Origin: Balanoglossus misakiensis
Lineage: Eukaryota > Animalia > Hemichordata
NCBI GenBank assembly: GCA_040954595.2
Contig: CM082581.2
Location: forward strand, 13,527,921-13,591,920
Direction: 5' to 3'
DNA length: 64,000 nt
Position 1 is the stretch's first letter. Every line of letters begins with the position of its first letter. The notes under the pieces are model-generated. The model was not told the DNA's origin, ran no database searches, and was given only the letters and a program-made list of their open reading frames with translations. This document shows positions 12,381-23,954 of the stretch, in pieces. Made by a program: the position numbers and the translations under genes.

Positions 12381-13255
12381 TCACCTCTGAATCGTTGTCA
12401 GTTGATCTTGAAGGGTTTCCATCTCACCAACACTAAAAAAGATAAAGGAAAATGAAATTCTGATGTAGTGTTGTATGACAATGTTGTTTGTTATGTCAAA
12501 ATTCAAATGCAACTTTAAGGCTGTCCTTACCTTCGTTCAATAGCTTCTGCCCTGCAAATGAAATATTCAAGACGATTAAAACATTTCATCCATCATTAGC
12601 CACAATTATTTTTGCTAAATACTCTTAGTTTACACAATTCGTCAAGCACTTGGCCTTGCTCTTCTGATGCTTTATTCCAACACAACTTCTGTGCAATCAG
12701 TGGAACTGTAAGTAGGTGCCCACTATAAACTGAATCACTTTGTTGGTGTTACTTACTGAAACTGTAGATGTGAAACCAAAATCCCCATCTTCCTGATGCT
12801 CTAAGGGTAATAAACACACATTCAATATATTATAATTTGATGGTGTTTCCATTCATAATAAATGTCTCATCATGGAATTACTAAAATACTAGCTCCACTG
12901 TTATATATGCGTATAATGGCCGTACTTACTGCTTCAGATGCCTCAACTGTATTTTCTGATGACGAAAAATTCTTTGCAGCTTGCATCAAGAGCTGGAATT
13001 GTAAAGAAATAAATGATGCAGCATAGAGATTATGATGAATGATGTTGATCATGTTGATACAAGATCCTCCCCTCGTTTTCAAAATGCACCGATCCATGAT
13101 CTGTGCGACATTTTCGTGAGATATAATACGCAAGATAAACGTACTTCATTTGACTTTGATCCACGTATGATTTGTCTGACAAGCGAACCCGAATCGTTGA
13201 TATTTTCGTGTATTTTTGGTAATAACCTCGGATCCAGCACTCTCCCGGAAGCCAT
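12381..13255 (-). CDS. BORCS7: BLOC-1-related complex subunit 7 (BORC), 5 coding exons
   Basis: Stitched protein MASGRVLDPRLLPKIHENINDSGSLVRQIIRGSKSNE|LLMQAAKNFSSSENTVEASEA|SIRKMGILVSHLQFQ|AEAIERS|VGEMETLQDQLTTIQR* matches recalled BORCS7 motifs (KQVLKGSRSSELLGQAARN, SLRKMAIITTHLQYQQEAI, LQDQL). All introns are GT-AG and phase-compatible. AATAAA lies 11 nt past the stop. Confidence 0.92.
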
Positions 13256-13544
13256 TTTCCAAATGAAGTAACATACCCTTTTGCGACAGATTTTGCGACA
13301 GGTCAAAGGTAAGTGTGGTTGTAAACACTCCGTCTTCAGTGAAAACGCTGACCTATGCAGTTGTCTTCGTAGTACAGTGGTAAACTTCGTCTTGTCTGCT
13401 TCGTAATCACCTGTGCACATTCTTCTGGGACGAAATGAACGTCTGTATCTCAGAGTAACTTCATGAAATAGCAAATTACGAAAGATCATAGACGGGCGTT
13501 CACAATCATAGACGGTTACAGTCGCGCGACTGAGACTGTTTACC
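13256..13544. promoter_or_regulatory. Probable bidirectional promoter BORCS7/UVSSA
   Basis: Divergent ATGs (13255 on -, 13545 on +) are only ~290 bp apart, and the interval is CpG-enriched relative to introns. Confidence 0.7.
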
Positions 13545-16500
13545 ATGTCACAGGAGGCTGACGATTCGTTAGATCACGGTATATGCCTGGAACTCGCCCA
13601 GTTGGTGGAAGAACTTACCACTTCAGGCTCGCCATCACTTGATAAGGATGGGATAAAGAAAATTAAGAACATTTGTAGGTAAGTGAGTTGCCTGGTTGAC
13701 ATGCAATGATGATGATGATGATTGTGGTGATGATGATGATGATGATTGTGGTGGTGGTGATGATGATGATGATGAAGATTATCAATCACCGTTTTAATAA
13801 GTCAGTAGTAATCACCATGTTCATTTTATTCTGTCACTCATCAGAACATCCAACAAGTATGTGGAACATACATTCCACCTTGTCATGAAACAACTCGACA
13901 AAGATCACTCTGAAGTTCGACTCTCAGCATTCCAGATAATAAATGAACTATTCTCAAGATCCCATGTTTTCCGGGAATTGCTGGTTGAAGATTTCCAGAC
14001 TTTCTTGGAACTCACTGTGGAGACAGATCATGAGCAGCCCCTCCCACCTCCACAGCCTGCTGCCAAGATACTGAGAGAAAAGACTTTACAAGCGATTCAA
14101 ATATGGCATGAAAAGTTTGGACAAGCCTATAAAAAACTTGCATTGGGTTACAACTTTCTAGAACATTGTAAAAGGGTAATTATAATTTCCCTTTCATTTT
14201 TATGGAGACATTTTATTTGGCACTAAAATATGAGTGTATATATACAGAACATGTATAGTACTAGTATTTACACAGTTTTATTTTAGATTAATTTCAGGGA
14301 TATTCATGCAAGGACTGTAGTTGAAAGACAGAGAGAAGAGGTGCGACAACAAAGACAACGGAATATTCTAATGGAAAAAGCAAACAGAGTTGTCAAAGAA
14401 ATCGAAGGTGAAAATCAAAATATAGCTCAGTCAAAAATAGCTTCAAGGAATAGTCTTTTCATTTCTGTATCAAAATGATAGCATTCTTTTTTTCGCTTGA
14501 ACTAATGATGGAAACAGATCCTTTCTTTTTAAGACAGATATCTTCATCTTTTTCTTCCGTAGAGACATTGCCAGAAATAGAGCAGTGTTTGACAGAAGCA
14601 AAGAGCTGTTTTCAACTTTTACTACCTCACCCAGATGAATATGGAGATTTCAATAGCACTACTGAGGACACATCCAGTGAAAATAAACTGGCCAGTGATG
14701 GCAGAATCTGTGACAATGAACACAAGAAAGCGGGTAGTGAAACAGAGTGCAAAAATGACAGTAAATCAGGCATAAAATGTTTCAGTAACTCTTCCAAGAG
14801 ATCAAGGCAATCAAACAATAGTTCTGCGCAGAGTGATGCACAGTCTGATAGGCAACAAGACACCAAGAAAAATCCACTACAAACAGAATCGGGCAACACC
14901 AATGACAGGACAGATAGAAATGAGCAAAGTAAATCTCTCACTGAAGATGAATCTGAACATGGAACTAGAAATAATGAAGAGGAACATGCCAGTGATGATG
15001 ATGAGGAGGAGGCGGAGGAATTTGAGGATGTGGCTGATGCCGGTGAAGGAACAGAGGGTGGCAGTATGCTGCAAGCTCACGGCATGAGTTCCTGGAATTA
15101 CAGCATCAATTTGGAAATTCATCCAGGTCTGTACATGTATAGAGACTCCATGAATATAATAATTATCATGTATGATTAGCTTTATTTTTGTGACAAGAGT
15201 CACTCAGCCCTTTGAAATGTTCACAGAATGTGTCACAATAGCATATCTTATTTGCATTATAGAAAATTTTGTTCCTTCAAATGCAAATAAGTTTCTTTTC
15301 TCAAATTTGTCATAATAGATGAAATACACATCAAAGAAGATGAGGACAACACTGATATTTTGCAGATTTTACATGACATGCATAAATTGGCTACAACTTC
15401 GTATTTTCCAAAAATACAAAGATGGCTGGAGGTATAGTAGTGATGACATTCCTTGATTATTTCACTTCAGTACTCACCATGAAAAAAAACACAGCTATGT
15501 ACTTCCATATGATCATGCATCCACCTGTGATTATTTTCACCAACCTAGAGGTACATGTAAAGTCATGGATATCTCTCTAAAACAAGTTTCAACTTTTCGC
15601 AGGTACTCAGTAAATCTGGGCACGCTCAAGATCAAGTCAAGAAGGTCATTGACATTAAATCAGCTCTGGAACAATTCCGAGATAAATGCAGTGATTTGAA
15701 GATTGAAAGGACGCTGAGAGAGCGGGAAACGGTGAACACCAAAGGAGAAGGAGACAGCGACAGTGATGAAGAGTTTGAAGAAGTTCCGGAGAAAGAAGGA
15801 TATGAACCGAGGATCCCGGATCACTTAAGGGAGGAATATGGTAAGATTAAAGCTGAACTTGAACTTTCTGTATGTCCAGATATGATACAACAAGATTGTA
15901 TGTTTGCTTCTCTTTCTTTCCTCTTAGGTTTAGAGCCTTATGATGAGAAGAGTGACTCTTCTAAACTGTGGTCTCTAGGCGACAAGACTCAAATTGTCGA
16001 AGAACTGAAAGATCCCACCTCCAGAGCAACAGCAATTTCAAATATGAAGAGAAGACTTCACAATATACAGAAATCATTACAGAAAGCGTAAGCATCCTCT
16101 ATATTGCAGAATAAAATGCTAAAATTTTATCAGCTGAACTTAACTGCAGGCTGGTAGATTACTAGAGAATTTTACTGAAATGCACATATCTATCTTTCTG
16201 TGTGATTACAGAATCTCTGGTTGCAGTGAACTTGACAATGAACCAACTGCATCGACATCAACTGATTTGCCGCCTCCTTCCAAGAAACGGAAAAGTGATC
16301 TCATGTCCAGAGCTCCCAAGGTACCCTTCAGCATGGACTTGTATTATTGGGAAAACCCTGAAGATATACAAACACCAACCATTATCAGGTAGGGGAGGTC
16401 GGATGCGCATAAATTGCTGTGCAGCAAGAATGAAATCTACATGTTGTGAATTTCGTTTCAAAAGAATGCTTCAGTCGACAAGTCATATATAGTGTCACAT

Positions 16501-18069
16501 TCTGCCATATAGATTCTCCCATTCGTACATTCCCATTTGAACAGGAATGTGATCATGCTTAAACTGGGTATTATTTTTTTACAGGCCAGATTCAAGCCAT
16601 AGAGGTTGGATAGCCGTAGAAAATGATGAAATTGTGATGGAGGTAAGGGGAATACTTTGTTTATGAAACTGAAATCAGCTATGTCATGAGGTAACAGATT
16701 AAAAAACGACAGCTATTTCTGGTTCAAGTCCTATTATTGTCTTCTGAGGTAATCCATTCCATGTGGATTGTTGTACCAGTATATGAGTCGTGCTAAAGGA
16801 AGACAAAACTACAACTTCCCGTGTTAGACATTTCATGTAACTTCTCTTTCTAGGGTATGAAAGACATGCTGAACTTGAGAAAAATTGACTTTGTCGGGAA
16901 GTTTGAACCAGTCAAATGGAAGTGCCGAGCACCTCTAGCGAACGGAAAACTTTGTGAAAGGCAAGACCGACACAAGGTGGGAATTCATATTGGATTTGAT
17001 TCGATCTGTCTCGAAGTGATGTTAAGTAGCCATTTTGCCACAAGACACAATCAGCATCTTTATTCAGTTGTCAATAGTGCATGTCCTTCTTGTATCAGTG
17101 AACTCGCTCACAACTCCTCAGTAAGCAACACCGGCCTGGTAGTCATCAATTCCTAATTGTTGCATGTGCACATGTATTTGTGTTTGAGCAGTGCCCATTT
17201 CATGGTCTAGTCATACCCAGGGACTCTCAGGGCAAACCAAGCAAACCAGAAGACACAGAAAGGCTTGCAAAGTTACAAAGACTTCAAGGTAATCTTTGAT
17301 TTGAGGCGAATTTATCTAGTTTATTATCTTGTTCATAGCTTGTAATACGAGCTTTGTGTCTTTGCCTAGCTAATTGATTGGTTACCCAGTGTGTCAGTTG
17401 ACATTCTCTTGCATGTATTCATGAATTCATCACTCTCTGCATGGTTTATTTCAATGTTCACTACCCTCTCTTCAGCTGACAAAGCATCTTCATCACAGTG
17501 GAAAGATGAAGAGCTGATGAAAGACATTGAAGGAGCCACCGGTCTTGATTTGGGATCCAACTCTGCCACAGGAAAGGGGAAAGGCAAGGGAAAAGGGAAA
17601 GGAAAGAAGAAGAAATATCCCAATCTGACAGATATCAACAAAATCGAAAACACTACCAGAACAAGACTCGAGAAGAAAGTCTTCAATAAGTATGTCGTTT
17701 TATTGTGTTTTGTGTATTTCTTTGTAGAATTTCATTTCTGCTTGGGCATTTTGATGGTTCTTGACTCTGCAGACGAGGAGTCCTGGTAGTTGTTCACTGT
17801 GGCATACACATCATGGTCATGGGCTATCCTGTATCTGCATACATCCTCAACCTTTCACCTTTCAGGTCACATGATTGATGCAGAGTTCAGCAGATATCAG
17901 AAACTTGTTTATCGGGACATTTAATTAACATAAATGTTGTTGGTTGTTGTTTTTTATTTTCAACAGGTCTGCTATTTCAAGGGTGGCCAGTACTTTAGAT
18001 ACACTGGATTCCAAGAGATACAAAGACAGATATGCCAACAATTTCAATTACGCTTTCTCAAAGCCGTAG
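13545..18069 (+). CDS. UVSSA: UV-stimulated scaffold protein A, multi-exon
   Basis: [12 protein letters not shown]...KKIKNIC; [26 protein letters not shown]; PLPPP; [17 protein letters not shown]; [22 protein letters not shown]; [14 protein letters not shown]; [32 protein letters not shown] (DUF2043 zinc finger); [10 protein letters not shown]; C-terminal [12 protein letters not shown]. Confidence 0.96.
13706..13779. repeat. Compound (GAT/GGT)n microsatellite in UVSSA intron 1
   Basis: gatgatgat...tgtggtgatgat... gives the spurious poly-His and poly-Met ORFs. Confidence 0.92.
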
Positions 18070-20479
18070 AAGATCACCCTTGGTGCATTGACAAGACACA
18101 ACATGCCAAGGATTTCCACATCTGAAAAGAATTGAAAAGACACAGAACAGAAATGTGGTTAATGTGAAAATAGTGTCTCCTCAGGAAATTTGCAGTAAGA
18201 TAATATTTGTCCTTAAAGTCTCACAGTCATGGACAACATATACAGAGTGAAATTCTGTAATTTTAGACCACTGTCATTACATTTTAGTTTGTTCTTGATT
18301 GTTTTCCATACAGTGTTGTATGCATGTATGTGTATATATGTGTGTGTGTGCATTTTACTTGTTTCCTGGACATGTAGTCGGTTATTATTCAAGTTTAAGT
18401 ACATCAATTATAATAATTGATATTTGAGTGAAAACAGCGCCCTCTACGACCTGCATCAACGCACCTTCTGGGAATAGATGGGTGTGGACGCTGAACAGAA
18501 TGGCACCGCAAGTGCATATGTATAAAGGAAAGTGAATGATACAGAGCAATAGATCAGTCGATAAGATCATCAGTCAGCCGGGTCCACCTTTAAATGACAA
18601 TAATCAGTCGGTTTGTTGATTTATATGTCCAACTATCTGCACTTTGTGTATTTTTTTCCTTTATACTGTATTCTCTTCCATTTAATCGGGGAGATTAATT
18701 ACCTTCAAAATATCGGTCTTAAAAGTATAGTGTTGCAAAGTATCAGACGGAACGCCTTGACTTCAGTATCAGGTTACGATTCATCCAATCCATTGACTAT
18801 GTTCGTAACATGTCACAACCAAATTATTCGCTCTTTTTGGTGGCCACGGTCGGTTTTTCCCAGTTTCTTCTGTCCATCCCGTTCCAGTCAAGTTCATGGA
18901 AACTCTAATTTGTAATAGCATTCAGTACAATAGGCCTACAAAGCTTCAGTGTCGTTCGCGTTGTCCGCAATATGGTGTTACACACAACATGAATGGCGTT
19001 CGCTAATACGTTGGCGTGCCTGATGACAAAATACAACACGCAGAGAAAAGAACACGTGCAACCTGTTCTATTGTTTACACAGATCATTCAATGGGAACGT
19101 GTTGAAATGTTAGGTCTACATGAAAACCAGTGAATGCCCCATTTCTGTGGTTTTAATTTGCAACATTCAACTTTCAGAAGCGAAGGAACAAACTCACCTG
19201 GCAGTATTCACAGTGGACATAGTTCGATCAGCATAAGCCTTTCGTATGACAGAAAGAATTGTATTGTTATGCCAAAGAACGTCGGAAACCGGGAATGTAG
19301 CATGTTTAAACTCTGTACCGCCTCTTGTCCACTTTTCCTTTGGCTAAATTTCGCGTTAAGTAAAAGAATTTGACTTTTGTGACGAGACCAGTCGGAGGGA
19401 GGAGAGCTTGCACGCGATGGAAATCTCAAACACGAGGAGAAAATAATACTTTTCTACTGAAAGAAACTTGAAATAATACTCAACACATGCAGACGTATGG
19501 AGAGATGAATTTTACAAAAATCGTGACTTTTGAGTCACAGAATTAAGCAGTAACTGATACCATTAAAAGTGATGGTAGTTTGAAAGGGATTATACCGCCG
19601 TACAGATGGTTAAAATCAAAATCCATTCCGTGTAACAACATTATTAAAATTCGGGATTAAAACGATAGCCTTTTCAGCGTGCGATACCGACGCTGCGAGG
19701 ATAAATCGGTAGAAGAACCGTCTTGCGTGGAAATGACGTTTTCAATAAAGCATTGAGGGACTTGTTGTTGTTCGTGTGAAAATCTATCAGTCAATCTCCT
19801 TCGTTGAGGGTGCCTGCCTCAGAACAATATGGTCGCCTTATACATAGCATACCACATTTAATATAGATGTCAGTTAATCGGTTGTAATGACAAGCGCGGA
19901 CTTTCTTTTGAAAGCCGGCAATGCATCTATTTGGCTAGCGAAAGAGAAAGCGCACCCCCATAGCACAGAAAGGCGGACCATATTGACAGCCATACCCATG
20001 ATGCTTTGGTATTAGCGGGCGCCCATGCGCAAAATTAATAATAGCGTGAAATCGCATAGTGATAATGCTGAATGATTGACGCTTCACACAACAAATAAAA
20101 ACCAATTAAAGAGCAACTAACTAGCAAATAGTTTTACCAGGAAACCGAGCGAATTGGAAATCTGTTCTTCGGCTAAGATAAATATCAATTGGTCGTAAAA
20201 GATAGGGGAACGAAAGGAGAGTAATTGGAGGCTTTTCATGTACATGATACGGACTTTATACGAGATCATGTTTGCACACATTGGGGGCAGGCGTGTCTAT
20301 TGAAGCTCCGCACTGCGACTGAGGGTTTAATTCTCCGCGAAAGGGAAAACTCAGAATAGTCACAAACAATTAACTTTCCGTAAAAGAGCATTAGCGCACA
20401 AGAGTGATAAAGTTGTGGATTTTTGATTGAGTTTGGGTAAATAGCGCTGCCATCTATCGCCAGGATCAGAAGTGTGTCC

Positions 20480-22969
20480 ATGGATAGGATGAGCCTGCAG
20501 AATAGCAAGACTCCGCACCACTTCCTTCCGCCCTTGCCGTTCTATCCGTACTTGTTGCCGATGTATCCGTTCCACGCACATGCTGCGGCGCCGCCGATTC
20601 AAACCGCCGGGACGGACTTCAAAGGCCGGCGAAAGCCCTCGTTCACCATCGACGCCATCCTCGGAGGCAGCACTCTAGACACGCCTGCACTCACTCCCTT
20701 CGGGCCACGGGAGATTCCTTCGGCGGTATCGCGAGATGTCCGGCAACACAGATTTGCAATGTCTTATTCGATGCCACCTGTTGCGTCCAGGCTGAGAAGT
20801 CCGCCCACCTTCAACGCTGCTGGGTTTGCAAGGAGGGCAGGCAACGCGGTGTCCGAATTCTCGAAGAAACTTGAAGATTCAAAGGCAGAAATTTATGTAC
20901 AAGGTGAGAATCGCTGGACACAAGCGTTTTAGATAAATGAAAACTAATATCAGCATTTCCTAACTTCAAATTTAAGTTACAGTGCCGATTTCTTAGGCAA
21001 AAAGGCAACTATTTGAAAGATACGCGCTTTTATTCGACTTAATAATTGCAGACATTAACATTGACTTGCGTTTTATTTATATCTTGAGCACGAAAAGTGT
21101 TGAAAATATCTCTGACACTCGTTAACCCAAACATTTAAAGTTCGAAAATACATTTATCTTGAAGCGGAGAGAGTAAGGAAAAGCTATGTTATTCCAAAGA
21201 ATGAATGTGGTCTCTTTTTTCGGGGTAATTACATGTCATTCACGCTTACATCTTTACTAATATTGAAGTCACAAACCGAACACTACTGTATGCGGGTACC
21301 ACAATAAAACGTGTCAATTCTTAATTTCTTATGTGGGTTTTTTGATCAATGAAATGTAATTGGCGTCAATTAGCACGATTATCACGACGCGTGTCACATT
21401 AGTGCACACGCGCATAGATATCTTTGTCAGGTATCTATGCTATAACGCGCTACCACCAAACCGGTCACAGTTGTAAACTTTGGCTAAAACCACAATAACC
21501 GCGTGTATAGTAGCATCATACGACTCGTTCATAACGCCAATCGCTCCTCGCACCCCTCAGCTAAATTTGGGTACAGTCCCCCTATTTCGCATTGATTTGA
21601 GTAAAAACGTTAAAAGTAACGGTTGAAAAAAAAAACTTATTGCAATACCGGCCCATGTCGTGTATTGATTTGGGCGAATTGAACTCGGGTAGTGCAGTGC
21701 CATGCTATGTTTGTTCAGCCGGTACCGTCAGATGCGATCGAAATTCACCTATTGATGCGATGCGACAAACTTTCAACACATTGCTCTACGCAAAGTCGCT
21801 GGACGTACACGCAATTCAGAAGCTTCTGTGGCGCCGACGCAGTGAACACATATTGTGCAACTAAGGCAAATATCTGAGAAACATAAATGGGATTGTCGAT
21901 AGTTTTTTAATGATTGGATGGCATTCGATCCTGTAACTTTCAATCAACAATTATACCCCTGAATGTTACTATGTTTTACTACGTTTCTATATTATTACTT
22001 GTACGTGGTTGGCCGTCGCAAATTTTATGACGGGAAAGTCTTTGTCTATTCACTGGTATCTGTTCACATTTAATACAAAAAATATACCGTTAAATTTCCA
22101 CGTAAGATGACGCCGTTGTCGTCACAGACAGTGCCTATGTACATACATGTGTAAACACAAACAGGTGGCGTCTTTACATTGCTGGAATTGTGTTCGATCA
22201 TCGAACCGAAACCAAATAATCCGCTTCGGCCACGGACCACTAATGGTTATTAATTCGCCATGCAAACACAACAACATGGAGGAATTAGTGTGAATTTCAA
22301 CCGCTGGGCCTGATCAAACAGCCAATTCGGTTTGGGATAAAAAATGTTCAGCTAATGAGTTGATTGACGATTTTTTCTGGGCTGTAGGAAGGCACCACCC
22401 ATGCATGCTTCACATTGTCAATGATAGCCGTCAAAATCAGGTGCTTACAGTCAGTAGATCGAGCACCATAAATGATTTTCGATTCGTGGCTGGTGTTGAT
22501 GATGATTCAGTTATATTTGGCAACAACAAAAAAGATGATGGTGCATGTACCAAAAAGTCTGCCGTATTTCTGTCCAATAGAATAAGACATTCATGATTGT
22601 CCTGATTTTTTCTGTTTAGGCCCAAGCAGGAAAAAAGAGACACAGACGACGAACGGCTGGAGGAAGCCAAAACCCAAACGAGTTCGAACGATCTTTACAC
22701 CGGAGCAGCTAGACACACTGGAGAGAGAATTCGCCCGACAGCAATACATGGTTGGCAGTGAACGGTACTACCTGGCGGCATCACTCAACCTGACGCAAGC
22801 GCAGGTCAAAGTTTGGTTCCAAAACCGACGAATAAAGTGGAGGAAACACAACCTAGAGCAGCAGCAAACGAAATTGGCCGAAATCAGGGCCAAGCAATTG
22901 GCCGAAGATGGCGTGTCGGACGATTCTGGGACGGAGAACGTTATTGACTCTCAGACTTATCGCGAGTGA
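20480..22969 (+). CDS. NOTO: Not/Noto-class (NKL) homeobox transcription factor, 2 exons (20480-20903, 22620-22969)
   Basis: eh1 repression motif SFTIDAILG in exon 1. The homeodomain [64 protein letters not shown] carries the Not-type RTIFT, QQYMVG and NRRIKWRK-x-x-LEQ features. Phase-1 intron (G|gtgaga ... ttag|GC). Confidence 0.9.
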
Positions 22970-23816
22970 CATGTTTTGATGCTAATTTCGTCAATTTGTT
23001 TTCTAATAGAAAGTTAGAAAGAATTTTCAGTATTAAAATGGTAAAATATCTTGCTGTAATACGCGAACATTTTTTCTTTGGGCTGAAGTTATGTAAGTGC
23101 TCATGAAATATGATTTGTTGGCATCCCCCAGCAATTTATGTGGCACACCTTTAGCCAAGCGCAGAAACACCAGTTTTTGGAAAATGAAAACGTGGCATTT
23201 GATAGCTGCCAATTACCACTATAAATGCATATTATTACTTGTTATTAATATGTAATTATTATTCCATTTGGAAATAAAGTAATTGCACACAAATGTTCTT
23301 TTAAAATGTGCATCGTGTGAGTCAATGTTGTAGGCCTATGGTCAAATAGCCACAGGTCGCAGGAAGTTGAATGGCATTATGGGAAATCCCAATATGTCTG
23401 CCTCCAGCGTGATACAAACGCTTGTCATAAATCGTTACCGCTAAATGTAAATTGTCAGCTGTTGTTTTCCCACACAGACTTGGTTAGGTGCAGACCCATT
23501 CTTGGTGATATTTTCTTCTTGTACAAGGTAGGAAGCAAGTTCTTTGCTCAAGTACTGCACAATATTCGTCTGTTGGGGGGCCTGGCCACCAGAGATCAGC
23601 TGAGAGATGATAGCAGTCGACATTGTTTTGGCCAAAGGCGATCGATGCCTTTGGTTTTGGTCCACATGACCAAACGCAAACGTGAACCCATACCCGTGAA
23701 TTCATACTGGCGTGCTTTTCCCCAAGGTACTAGTGACACAGAACATTGTTTTCAAACATTAAACCGTTTATGTGCAATGGTGTGTATCGAAATAGTCTCA
23801 CTGAGCACAGGGACTC

Positions 23817-23862
23817 ATAAGGGGTGGACCATTTGATATCCGGGGGGGGGGGGCAGGGCTAC
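23817..23862. mobile_element. Probable solo terminal fragment of a PIF/Harbinger-like MITE in an XPNPEP1 5'-UTR intron
   Basis: taaggggtggaccatttgatatcc followed by a poly-G tract, the same end architecture (TWA + GGG... + G-run) as the complete element at 61858-62049. No matching right TIR was found. Confidence 0.35.
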
Positions 23863-23954
23863 GGTGTTAGTATACTGATATCGCCTTCCAAAGCCTAACC
23901 GTATGTTTAATACCGTGTGTTTTCTAACAGAAAAACTGAAGTGAAGTTGTCATA

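Noticed and set aside
12632-12706. Possible extra or poison exon in BORCS7 intron 3
   Set aside because: It would need a ~50-nt upstream intron, and the canonical 5-exon model already gives a full-length protein.
13574-13888. Poly-His and poly-Met ORFs (also at 5467-5670)
   Set aside because: They are translations of intronic GAT/GGT microsatellites, not proteins.
23462-23836. 124-aa ORF upstream of XPNPEP1 as a possible N-terminal or mitochondrial extension
   Set aside because: An in-frame TGA lies 16-18 nt before the XPNPEP1 ATG in the acceptor exon, so the upstream exon is 5' UTR, and the ORF has no recognisable homology.
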